A DNA stretch of 64,000 nt from Podarcis gaigeae. Taxonomy: Eukaryota. A program made the position numbers and the translations under genes. Positions 11,806 to 48,394 of this stretch are shown here, in pieces (the stretch's first letter is position 1; every line of letters begins with the position of its first letter). Where the stretch lies: the NCBI GenBank assembly GCA_964106915.2, contig OZ066929.1, one strand, 5' to 3'. The notes under the pieces are model-generated. The model made no database searches. It was given only the letters and a program-made list of their open reading frames with translations, and was not told the origin of the DNA.

Positions 11806-12693
11806 ACAGTGCTTTTTTTGGAGCACTGCAAACTCTGCTCTCATGTCCCATCACATCTGACCATCCTCTGGCTCCCTGTCCTGCTTTCAGACCTTTTCGC
11901 TAACTGGAAAGGAGAGGGAATCACACCACTATTACCCTGTTTGCTGCACACTCACCAACTACCAGGGAAAGCAGGGGAGGAGAGAGGACACCCTCAGATA
12001 TTGTGGACATCGCACAAGCCTGATAAACCACAACCAAAGCCAACAGAAAGCTGAACTGTCAGGAGTCAACTGGGAGATTGAGTCCAACTGTCCAGTTAAG
12101 AGCTACGTTCAAGCAAGACTGACAGACTCCCTAAGACACATTTTGCATGGAAAGCATTAAGCGCCAAGTGTTAGAATGCAATAGAACTCCAACAACCATT
12201 TCTTTAAAAAAAAAAAAAAATACACGTCACATCATACCAAGGTTTCTCTTCCTATATTGCAGCTTGTTAGTATCAGGATACTAACCTTTTTTTTTTCTTT
12301 TTAAACGTGATAGGAAGCCAAAATAAAAATATATCCTATTGATTTGGCAAATATATCATGACGAGAAAAAACTGGAAGTTTTAATTAGTTTCCATTAATT
12401 ACATAAGGTTCTAAGTTGCAGCCTTGTTTATCTAGTATCCTTAGATTTCTTAAGCACACTTAAGTGATGTTGTTACAGAGATACGTGTTTCTTGAAAGAG
12501 CCCTCCCCACCCCACCCAAAAAAAGAATCCGTATGAGAGTCACTAGTTATAGGCACCACCCAACAGAAGAGAACGGGTGTTCAGTTTATCCAGCACAGAA
12601 CGGGATTTTGCTGCTGCTGGTGGTTTAAGTGCCCTTAATTCAACCAACCAGCTTCTGCCTTCGCAGGTCTGATGTGACCAATGCCAGCCCATG

Positions 12694-12851
12694 NNNNNNN
12701 NNNNNNNNNNNNNNNNNNNNNNNNNNNNNNNNNNNNNNNNNNNNNNNNNNNNNNNNNNNNNNNNNNNNNNNNNNNNNNNNNNNNNNNNNNNNNNNNNNNN
12801 NNNNNNNNNNNNNNNNNNNNNNNNNNNNNNNNNNNNNNNNNNNNNNNNNNN
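12694..12851. other. N gap (158 nt)
   Basis: Run of n. Confidence 0.99.
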
Positions 12852-12923
12852 ATGGGTAACCATGGTATCCGAGTGCATCCAGAGGGGGAGGGAAAGAGGG
12901 GGGTGGGCCAGGTGTGAATTCAA

Positions 12924-37432
<24,509 letters not shown>

Positions 37433-38628
37433 TGTGGCTGTGATGTCAAGTTAACGTGATTCAGCTGTCTCCTCCTCGTCAAGCAGCTTGGGATTCTGGG
37501 ATCCACAATTCAGTCTGCCACAAAGTGGCTTCAACCCAAAGGACAGTGTGTCTCCACAAGTAAACTCTACCAAGCAGACAGGATGCATTCAACAAGGAAG
37601 ATTCATTCCATCTAGAAAATGCAAGAGTTTGTGCAATTATTGCTATGAACAACTTCTGCAACACTGAAGTACTGACTACTCATAAGACAAATGTTATTTT
37701 TATTTATTTGTTGAAAACATTTATAAACTGCTTAATAAGTTTTTTAAAAACTCTTAAGCAGTGTACAATATTCTATTAAAAGATAATTATAGCCTATAGC
37801 TAATAAAGCATAAAAGCATCTAACACACAGCTAATAAAACATAGTTAATAAAACATAAAAGCATCTAACACAGAAAAAACAGTAAGTTCAAACACATTAA
37901 ACAGGGGCTGATCCTATACCTGGGCAAAAAAGTAAGTCTTGTTGGTAGAAGCTGGGAAAATTAAGGGTTGCATATAATTTTGTCATCCATCATAACAAAG
38001 AGAAAAGCAACAACTATGCAGAGTGCAGAAAACATAATAAATACTTTTGTAATTCCACTAGGGTCGGCCTTTAGAATGGGGACCAACCTTTAGCTCCATC
38101 CTGCCATATGAAATTCACTATTTTATTTTATTTTTACTACAGGTGCCCACCTTGCTCCTCATCCTCTTTCTTTCTCTCAGTTTCTGGACACATGCCAAAC
38201 TTTATATTGGATTTATACTGGTTTAATCACTTGATGAGGTGCAAATTAGTTTGCTAGAGACCCTTAGCTCCCTTCCCACTGAACACCAGTTCCAGGCAAG
38301 GGTCTCCAAGAAGAAGAAACAACTGTAAAAACAGTCAGTCCTACAGCATAAAAATGTTCTCTCTTCCTCTTAAAGTATTTTTAAAACTGTAAATTGTATT
38401 GACACTAGTAATACAATACAAATTACGGAGCAAGTTTCAAGTCATGACTCATCAGCCAAAACCCAGTGAACTACAGACAATAGTCCAATAACATTATTAC
38501 TATGTTCAACATGCAAAAGATTAACAGGCAGGTTACAGAGTACCAGTGACCCAAGAACTCAAGTCATTTCTTTCTGTACTCAAAGAGTTAACGGCTATGA
38601 TTTCTCCACTTCTTTATGGGGTACAGAC

Positions 38629-38773
38629 AGGACAGCTCAGTCGATAGAGCATAAGACTCAATCTCAGGGCCATGGATTCAACCCTCTGTGGGTAAAAAAA
38701 GATTCCTGCATTGCAGGGGGTTGGACTAGATTACCCTTGTGGTTCCTTTCAACTTTATGATTCTATGATTCTA
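38629..38773 (+). mobile_element. SINE with tRNA-Lys-like head and CR1-type 3' tail
   Basis: agctcagtcgatagagcat head, then ggttggactagattaccct...(ATGATTCT)n. Confidence 0.8.
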
Positions 38774-39125
38774 TTAAAAGGCATTTATTTTTCCACTATT
38801 TTTGTATGCTGTCACTGTCTCTCTTATGAAATCTGAAGCCTTGATGACACCAGAATGGCAGGGTTACCTTGCCCAAACTGCCACATACTCAATCCATAGA
38901 ACCTCTCCAAGGCCAGTCCTACAAAAACAACTATCAATGAAACTTTTAAAGGGAGATTTGTGATCATTAATTATTTTCAGGTGATAAAGTGCAGCAAAGA
39001 GTTTAAAACACCATACTGAAGTGGTACAACTCAGACACAGGTTTACTAGATACCTCAATGAAACTAGTCCATACCAACTTTCCTTGGTGGTATCAAGGTA
39101 GCATTTTGGGGAGAAGAGTTTAATG

Positions 39126-39294
39126 CAGTGCTTTTTTGCTAAAAAAAAAAAAAAAAGAAGAAGTAATGTTTAGGGATACTCTCTTTTTCCTACTCATTTT
39201 GAAATACTGCCCTGCCCCTCAATGAGGCCAAACTTAGATTGACAAAATGTTTAGTGGTATGCATACCCCAGTGTACCCCCAGAAAAAAACATTG
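39126..39294. mobile_element. hAT MITE
   Basis: CAGTGCTTTTTT...AAAAAAACATTG ends with perfect TSD GTTTAATG. An inverted relative lies at 63505-63624. Confidence 0.85.
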
Positions 39295-42200
39295 GTTTAA
39301 TGCATAGTAATATTCAAGCAACAGCACAACAAAATGATTTTTTAAAAAGAAAACACAACTTTAAGTATCTACACCAAGTGTTAACTTTGCCATGAGCTCA
39401 CTAGATGGCCTTACTTACCCCATATGCATTAGGATAATACTGACCCACCTAAAGCTCTGCCTAAATGCTATTTTTAAAATGATCAATGAGGAAGGAAGAG
39501 CTGCTCAATATGAGCTTGAGATACTTCATGTGTCCTGTTTTAAGCATATAGTCAGCTTGTGAAGTAAGCCCACAACTTACACGGGGCTTACATTCCAGGA
39601 TCTCGCCTAAAGCCAAAATTACATATACCGTAGTCAAAACACATTGGGTTCAATGGCATGTGGGATTGCCATTTTTTTTCCGCAGGCATCTGCCCCCCCC
39701 CCTTTTAAATTACCAAGCACATGAAGCTGAATGCGCACAAGTTAAATGCCAGTAAGTTGCACACTTACTGTATCTACATAGTTTTTCATAAAACTTGGGT
39801 GTCAAACTAGAGTTGGTAAACATGAAACACTTGAGATTTTTCCTGGAATTTTGCACACGGAAAGCAATTCAGCTCCTCAAGAATTTTAGCATTCTTTTAC
39901 AGATGCTAACTTCATTAGAGTTCTCATTAGCACTACTTTGGAGACTCTTCTTTTATTCCCCAAATATGAGAAGTCATAAACATATAAAGATTCTCAGCAG
40001 AGCTTGCATGGGAGGATGGGATGGACTCTTTCACCTATGATAACAATTTGCTATCATTTTAGGAATCAGTCAGACAGAATATTATTTGTTGTTGTGGCCT
40101 CACAGACACACACACAGCGCCTCTTCTCTCAACTGGCATCATTCCGCTGCTGCAGTTGTCAGCGAGGACAGATGTGCCATTCCGACAAAGAGCTGCCTCT
40201 ATGATCTTAGAAGGAATCCAAGTACTGCAGGTGTTGCCGCTGTGTAAACAGCAGTGTCGTCATCCTGCACAGTGCCAGAAGCACTGCCTGGTTGTTATGT
40301 ATGTACTCTGACAAGAAGTTCTGCATGCCACAAGTCACTAGTAGCAACCAAAGCTACAAAGGCAATCGAAATAAATTAGATCCAGGAAAAGAGGTCAAAG
40401 TGCATTAAAAACAAACTCCTACCAGATACCATTTGTAGCCTCCCTGTTTTAAAAGAACCGGCAAAAGGATCTACCATATCCACTCACTGCTTTCATTACC
40501 TGGGCCAGGTCAGGTGGTCCCTCCCCAGGATTTTGGAACCAACTGCCTATAAGAACGGCAACTATCTGCTGTGAGGATGATGGTATCAACTGGGCCCCTG
40601 AGAACCTACCTGCAGCAGTGGGAGGAATAAGTTCTGGCCTATGCAGCTAGGCTGAACAGGCCCCACCCTGTAAGGCAGCCTTTCCCAACACAGTGCCCTT
40701 CAGATGTTTTAGACTGCAACTCCTATCAGCCCCAGGCAACATCTGTCAGGGAAGGTGGTTGTAAAGTCAACAACTTCTGCCTGCATTACAGTCACTTCCA
40801 AGATGGTGTGACTCATTAAGACCTAATTTGTTTTTGACTATAAGCAGCTCGTTTACCTTCAAGCTGGTCATTGTAAGAACTTTTATCAGGAGCCTGATGT
40901 CATTTTTCTCTTCCCTCTCCATCACTTTATTCTTTTGTGTCACATCTTTTCAGATTCTAAGCCTGAAGGTAGGGACTGTGTTGTTTTTATTACTTACTCT
41001 TAAGCCATTCTTTCTCAAGAAAGGGATATAAATGCTGTGACTAGTAAGTATTTCCCCAAAAGCACAAACAAGCAAGTCTGGAAGTCTGCATCATAATTCT
41101 GAAACAGAAGCAGAAAGAACGTCTGCAATAATTTATGCACATTAAACCAGTCTACACTTAAGAATAATTAATGCATGACTCCTACTGAATTCCATCTGAT
41201 CATTCTAAATTTCTCATTTTTCTACATAAGGAGGAGGACTAGAAGAATGCTTATAAGCTGGAGGTTGGAATTCTAATGGCAGCAAATCAATATTTTGTTG
41301 GGATACTAACAGTCTCAAACTGAACCCAATATTACTTGACTCGAAAGGAATATACACTGTCTTGAACAACAGCCACTCTTGCTGAATAATAAACTGCATT
41401 TGAAATTAAGGAGGCTTTCAAAATAAAGAGTCAGCCGTTTTAAAAAGATGCAAATCAATTTTATGAGCTTAAGCAGCTTTTTTGATCCTAGCAGATATTC
41501 TGCACTCCATGCCAAGCAGAGTAAGACCACCATCCAGTGATATTCTTTAATCTTTTTGCAAGGTGCTTCTTAACCTTGAAGCAAATCTATTTCAACCTTC
41601 ATTCTAAACATAGAGCTGGAGAGGTTATTGTAAGTCACAGAAGCCTACCCATGCTAGATTTGGGCTAGCCAGGGAGGACCCCCCAAAATCAGCTGTTTTA
41701 ACTCATTTCTGTCAGAGGCCCAAGCAAAGAACCTTGCACTCAAAGACCTGCCACAACCTTCCATATTTCATTACCACCATGGTTAAGATAGAGGATCCAT
41801 CAAAATCAAGTTGTAATCGCCCTACAACTGTATACCTAAATGAATATCCTCTTCTGCCTCTAAGTAAAGTGGTTGGGGGGAAAACAACACGAGTTGAGTT
41901 AAAAAAACAATGGTGAGTTAAATGGCACTTATGTGCATGCATGTTTCCTTGTCTCTTCAAATAGGATCGTTCCTCAGGATAGCTGCACAAGTACGTACAA
42001 AGCGCAACAAAAAATGGCTCTCCTAGGTGAAAGGAAGTTTGCTACCCTTTATAAAGGAAGAGACAATAATACAAATCAGATCGTTTTTGTTTCCTCTCAG
42101 CTGTGGCCCACATTGTTATCCATTCATACTCCTCACTGGGAAGCCACTGAGAAGGGAGCCACTGCCTCTCTGCCTAGGTCCACTCCAATGTTACCATCAG

Positions 42201-42647
42201 GATCCATTTCTTGCTGCAAGGCTAAAGCACACTCAGAACAGAGATCAGCTTTCTACATATATCAAATAAATTCTCAGAAATTACAAATAATTATCCTGCT
42301 ACTTTTAGGATTATCTGATTGTATACAGAGTACAAAACATCACTGTTCATAGCCTGAGAGTTCATAGACTGAGTCTTTTCTTAACAGATAGCTACTTAAC
42401 TAAAATGAGAGCTGAAAATTATTTCCATATCCAAAAGGCCTGTATCAAATTTTTTAAATGGAAGGTAGAATCATTTTTTTCTAGCCTAGCAATGCAGGCA
42501 CCTAGAAATCCAATACAAGTAGCTTTGATTTTGAAGAAATTTCGTTTCAAGTAGAAATAAGAGTTTGATTTTGATACCTGACATTAGCTTTTTTCCCAGC
42601 TTAGGTTTTGATTTTCAAAATAACAATGATAGAATATAATGCACAAA

Positions 42648-42838
42648 GGGCTGCAGATCCATGGTAGAGCACATGCTCTGCACACAGAACATCCAAGGTT
42701 GAATTCCCAGTATCTCCCAAAAGGGCTGGTAGACTGCTGGTCAGAAACACCCTGAAGACCCACTGCCAGTTAGTGTAGACAGTAATGAACTAGAAGGACC
42801 AAAGGTCTGAAATAGTGTAAGACAGCTTCCTATGTTCC
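42648..42838 (+). mobile_element. tRNA-derived squamate SINE
   Basis: tggtagagcacatgct...ggttgaattccc head, ctgccagttagtgtagaca...ggaccaa body, ttcctatgttcc tail. Confidence 0.7.
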
Positions 42839-42917
42839 CAAGAGTGCTATTTTCATCAAATGAACAGAGGCAGAGGGGAAAATAATGTTGGACAATACAG
42901 CAGCATGCCATGTGTGA

Positions 42918-43354
42918 TAGGGCTGCCATATTCCAAGGATCAAAAACCACACATACCCCACCATCAGGGGACACACCCACCTACCATCCTGCATCTTCCT
43001 CGCTCACCCCCTCACTGCCTCTGACCCCTTCCTCGCTGGCCTGCTTGCTCCCTCTTCCTTCCCCTCTCTTACCTTTGCTGTCTTTGGCCTCCTGCTCATG
43101 ATGGGAGGCTGAGCTGCCCCAGGAAAGCTGCGCAAGGCCTGGCAACCACCGGGACCAGCACAGGGCCTGGGAAGGCTACTCCAGGCCACCCCACTTCATG
43201 TTCCGGGACACAGTGCCTTCTGGGCATGAATGTGCCCCACAAAAAAACCAAAAACATAATAAAAAATCAAAAACCCAAACCTGGACATTTAATCCAAAAT
43301 GCAAAAATAGATAGGGGTGCTGGCCCCCAAAATCCCAGACGTATGGCAACCCTA
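42918..43354. mobile_element. hAT (Tip100/Blackjack-like) non-autonomous element
   Basis: TIR TAGGGCTGCCATA/TATGGCAACCCTA with 8-bp TSD ATGTGTGA/ATGCATGA. Confidence 0.8.
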
Positions 43355-46300
43355 ATGCATGACAACTAGAATCTATTGTATTTTACTACTTCCCTGGTCA
43401 CCACTGGTCCCATACAGCAAAGTGCACGGAATTCGCTCCAAATAATTAGGCAGAGTGGGGAAGTAGGGAGAGATCAGGTTTTTTCCTGTGACATCACACT
43501 GTGCTTCTAAACTACAAAATTTACTTGTTTAAAAATACTCATTGTTTATTGGCGTTTCATCACCTGAATTTGATAGCTGTTTAATTTCTTCACACAGAGC
43601 TTACTGTGGGAGATGTACAACCTATATGGAATCAAATCACATTGAAGCAAAGATGGTTCTAACATGAACGTTCCCCTTTAAAGCAAATGAACTTCCTAAT
43701 AATTATAGAAACACACAGTTGTGTCTAAATAGAATTACCATGGTGCATTAGCTGCTATTTATATGCTAATACCAAGAGAGACTAAGAACCTTGACCTTTT
43801 GATCTGGTTAAAGTGCATTTACTCCACATGGATGGCTATCCACATACAACAAGTGCACCATTCAGTAGGTAGATTGCCTTTTAAGTTCAACCAAACTAGG
43901 GTTAGATAGAACTCTTATGGACAGTGCAGCTTCACCAGAGTTGCCACTTCCATAGAACTACCTGCCACAGTAACCACATTCGAACGCAAAGCTAAACCAG
44001 GGGCTTAATGCCACAGGGGGAAAAATTGGCCTCCTCCCAGGTACACATGCTCCCCTTCAATTTTCATGAGCAGCACTGCAGGAGCAGAAATTTTTGCTTC
44101 TGCTTTTAGTTCAGGGTAGCTTGTAATTTCATCTAAACCAGGAACTGTGGTCAACATTAACTAGGGTTACTTTCAGAAAGCCAGCTTCATACCCCGTGAT
44201 TTGAAATTGGCTTGTTTTGAGACTAAACATAGCTAACTGCAGTTGGTTGGTTTGGAAAGAAAGTGCTGCACAGAAGGAGCCCAATAGCCTAGGATGACTA
44301 TACCTTATCATAATAGTGCTAAACCATGGTAGCTCTAAACAAGATAAGAATGCTACTGACTGCCTGTGTGTCTTAAAGGACAAGCAAGCAGGCTAGTACG
44401 CCTTTTGTGACTTAATTTTTGAAAACTTTTATGCAGGACTAGATTCATGGTTGTCAACATAATAACCACTACATACTAAAACAAATACTCACATTCTTAC
44501 AAAGTTACTGTGTGGGAAAGTTAGAAATCTTTTAAGCATTCATCACCAAAAATCCAGACACCAAAGCTGCTTCCATGCAAGAATGCAATGCTTCTCAGCA
44601 CTAATACAGTGGTACCTCGGGTTACATATGCTTCAGGATTAGAACAGACATTAAAAACTTCCCGAAACAATCGATGAACAGAGCTAAGCCTTAATTTGTG
44701 ACCTGAGTATCACATACAACAGGAAGCTGAGGAAAATAATTAGATGTTAGATTTTCAACTAGAAAAAAAAATCTGTATCAGCCACTTGCCCCTATGGGAG
44801 AAATGTAATATAAATGCAACCAATCAAAAAAAAAATCAAAATGTCAAAAAGCATTCATACCCAAGATTGTTTTAGGTTTTTATTCTACGCTGTCCCAAAG
44901 GCCTGGAGTAGTTACAACACATCCAAGCTAAAATATAAATACGAAAACAGCAAGATCAAATAAAATTTCTAAAAACCTACTCAATGAAACCTTGGCTTGG
45001 CCAGTAAGTGCCCACCTTACAATTTTTCCTGGGAAATGTTGTATTCCTGTTGGAATAGCTAGGATGTTATTACCAATTTTCATACCACCTTCCATAAGAA
45101 GATCCAAACACAGCTAATGTATCCTATAAATATTTTCATCATAATACAGCCAAGTTGGTGTCAAGAGGATTTTTAAGGGTGCAGTGCACTGTATGTTGAC
45201 TGCATCCTCTGCTATGTTAGCAAGAGATGGCACACACTTACATATGCTTTGTGACATAATTTTAGCAACATTATTTGTTTGCTACTTAATTGTAAATAAA
45301 GCCTCTAAGCGGTTTATAAAAAATAAATACATTGGGATACCTAATAAACATCAATGTTAAAACAAGTTTCTTAAAAAAAAAAATCAAGCTTTAAAAATAG
45401 AGGCTAAAATTACATAAGAAAATGCACACTGGCATATCTGGATAGGCTTGGCTAAACAAAAAACAGTTGACAAATTTGTATCCTTTTTTGGAGATGGGGT
45501 GAAGGGCCCCCAACTGTTTTTCCATGTTTAAAAGGTCTTAACCAACAGTTGTTAAAGGCTCAACATCCCTGCTCATACCAGCTCTAAAATCATATAAAGA
45601 ACTTTCATGGTTTCATGAGGTGTGTAAAGCAGTTTATGTTACCAGTGACATCTTTCATCAGCTGAACTCTCGCCAGCAGAAATATATACATTCTGTTGCA
45701 AGAGCAGACGTGGTATTTTAAGTGGTAGGCTAGAGTAGGGGTCAAAAGGTCAAGATTTGAAGCAACCAATATTCAGGTGCCCATGCCAGGATAAATTCAA
45801 GAGTAAACTGTTTAAAAGAAAGCAGTGTAGTCTAACAGCATTTACCGAACATCAGCATGAGTCAAGCTGCCTTTTGTGTTTTTTGAGCACAACCAATTTG
45901 AGCCTTGAATATACACAAACAGATCCATTTAAGTGTCTATTCCAGCAACAAAATCAAAGACACACAACCCATTTCCCCACATGCGTGGGCAATCTATATA
46001 TAAAGCCTCTGCACATTACTGCTCCCATCTACTTAACAGCGCTCATGCACACACACTGTTTTTCTACATATAAAAAAACCCCAACACAAAGAACGCTAAC
46101 ACCAGATGACATTTAGGTGGGCAGAGTACTATTGCGCTCAGGTCCTGCTTGCAGACGTCCCATAGGAAATTGGTTGGCCACTGTGAGAACAGGATGCTGG
46201 ACTAGAAGGGACATTGGCCTGATCCAACAGGCTCTTGTTACGTTTTTTAAATAAGCTTGTTTTGTCTTACGCAGGTTTTATTCAAGCTCATAATACTGGG

Positions 46301-47132
46301 CTGTGCATATGTGTGTCATAAATATTCTCCAATAAAAAGACTGATTTGTATCGCCTTTGGTTTTACTTGCTCTCCATTCAACCCCTACAGCACCAGCCAT
46401 GGAGAGCCACTTGGAAATTCACCTGGTCCTCCCCAATTAATGTTTATTGTGGCGAGTGCTTTTCTGAGGTGTCTAAAACGGAAACATTTTTTAAATCCAA
46501 CCATGTATTTCTTAGTGCTTTTTTAAGCTACATGATGTCTCTTAAACCTGTCCAGCTTACTTATATATACCAGAACAATTCTATGTTAAGGAGTTCAGTA
46601 AGAAAAGTGTTCATCCAACCTTTGTGCTGCTGTTTCTTACTCTTGTACATCTCTTTTAGAAAGAGAAAAAGAAAAACATTCACAAGAACACATCCACCTA
46701 CTTCTGGCTATCTTCATTTCAGTTATAGCTGTTTCATCTTTCACTTTTGATATTAATACACGGCTAACTTAATCTTTATCATATAGATAAAAGTACAGCA
46801 AAGAGTGCCAACAAAGCGGTCAAAGGTTTGATTGCTGACAACTACCATAAAACAACGGGAAAGTTGAAAACAAATGTCCAAGTGTAGAAGGAACATTTTA
46901 TCTGCCTTGCCTGCTCATAACACATAAAAAGTATGTTTATAAAACTCACTTCAGAGAGGACTATAGGGATTAATATTTACCTTGGGGGGTGAGATGGCCT
47001 TTACTGCCAGTTTGTTAAGCTTTCGACCTAATACTAGATTGTTTAGGTGCTTGGGGGTCCCTCTTTCTTATTCTGTTGAATAGGGCCCCGAACTTTTGTC
47101 TTAAAGTCCTGCCCTGAAAGCACCACTGAGAG

Positions 47133-47507
47133 CAGTGTTTTACAAACTTCTTTTCTCCACAAACCACATGCTAATTATTTATTTTGCCCTTTTTAGCAAT
47201 TGTAATGAACTGTGCTAGAGTCTGTATGATTTTTAACTGTGTTTTTTATTTATTTATTTGTTTGTTTGTTTGTTTATTATTAGATATTGTATTTTATTGC
47301 ATTCCATAGAATTCAAATTGTAGTATAGTAAAATGCAATAGAAGAAATTCAAAAAGCAATTCAGTACAATTAAATATCCATATGAATACTTAATAGGATG
47401 GATTTGCTGTCTCCCAGCTTCAACTGGAAATCCACAGGCACACTGTGGAGAACCTGAATGAAGATCGCAGACCACTGGTGGTCCACAGACCAGTTTGGGA
47501 ACCTCTG
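47133..47507. mobile_element. hAT-Charlie-like MITE
   Basis: CAGTGTTTTACAAACT...AGTTTGGGAACCTCTG ends and subterminal ggtccacagacca. Confidence 0.6.
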
Positions 47508-47511
47508 TCTT

Positions 47512-47663
47512 GGCAGCTAGATAACTCAGTTGGTTAGCACGTGGTGCTGATAACGCCAAGGTTGCAGGTTTTATCCTTGTAAAGGACAGCTGCCTATTCT
47601 GGCATTGCCAAGGGTTGGACTAGATGATCCTGAGTGTCCCTTCCAACTCAGATTCTATTATTC
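47512..47663 (+). mobile_element. SINE with tRNA-Ile-like head and CR1-type 3' tail
   Basis: ctcagttggttagcacgtggtgctgataacgccaaggttgcagg resembles tRNA-Ile. Tail ggttggactagatgatcct...ccttccaactc. Confidence 0.8.
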
Positions 47664-48168
47664 AAGATCCATCAGAGTAGTTGGCAGGGTTGATGAAAGG
47701 GGTATATTGCTGTACTGGTCCCAGACCAAATCCTTTAAAAAGTAAATCTCTAGCCCACTCTACTAAAGTTTCAAGCACAATGGAAAAGCTATAAAGAGCA
47801 CCTGGTAGTAATTCTATAGCCTGCTTGAATGTTTTGCTCAAAAAGCAACTTATTGGGATAAAGTCAATACTGCTCAGTCTGTTGTAAGGAAGGCCTGACT
47901 GGGTACTCAAGTGTCAAGATGGCTGAAATGCTTTTGATCTGGCCATTTTTTCTTCCCATGTGCTTTGTTCTCAGTCTCCTTCCAAAGTTCCTAACTAGGA
48001 TCGGTTCTTTAAACGCAGCTTCCTGTGTACATTTTTAAATCTTATTTTCTGTCTTCATGGCACAGGCATTATGCAGAGAGATACTACAAGTGCAAGAGGC
48101 AGAATATTATGTTTTCAGTTATGCCACCAAACAGCAGTCATTTTTCACGAGTAACATACAGAGATGTA

Positions 48169-48394
48169 CAGTGGTACCTCGGGTTAAGTACTTAATTCGT
48201 TCCGGAGGTCCATACTTAACCTGAAACTGTTCTTAACCTGAAGCACCACTTTAGCTAATGGGACCTTCTGCTGCTGCCGCGCCGCCGGAGCACGATTTCT
48301 GTTCTCATCCTGAAGCAAAGTTCTTAACCTGAAGCACTATTTCTGGGTTAGCGGAGTCTGTAACCTGAAGCATATGTAACCCGAGGTACCACTG
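48169..48394. mobile_element. Tc1/mariner (Tigger-like) MITE
   Basis: TIR CAGTGGTACCTCGGGTTA/TAACCCGAGGTACCACTG with TA TSD on both sides. An identical 33-bp terminal fragment lies at 44605-44637. Confidence 0.9.

Larger units (their letters stand above)
8990..12923 (-). other. PAFAH1B1: PAFAH1B1 long 3'UTR (~3.9 kb)
   Basis: Follows the stop codon with no recognisable transposons. Ends TGTACCAATTGGTAAACTATTAAATGCATATAAAACTAAA followed by a GU-rich tract, resembling the recalled mammalian LIS1 mRNA end. Confidence 0.8.

Noticed and set aside
47512-47590. Possible tRNA-Ile(GAT) gene
   Set aside because: T-arm and acceptor stem are degenerate and the sequence runs into a CR1-type tail, so it is a SINE head.
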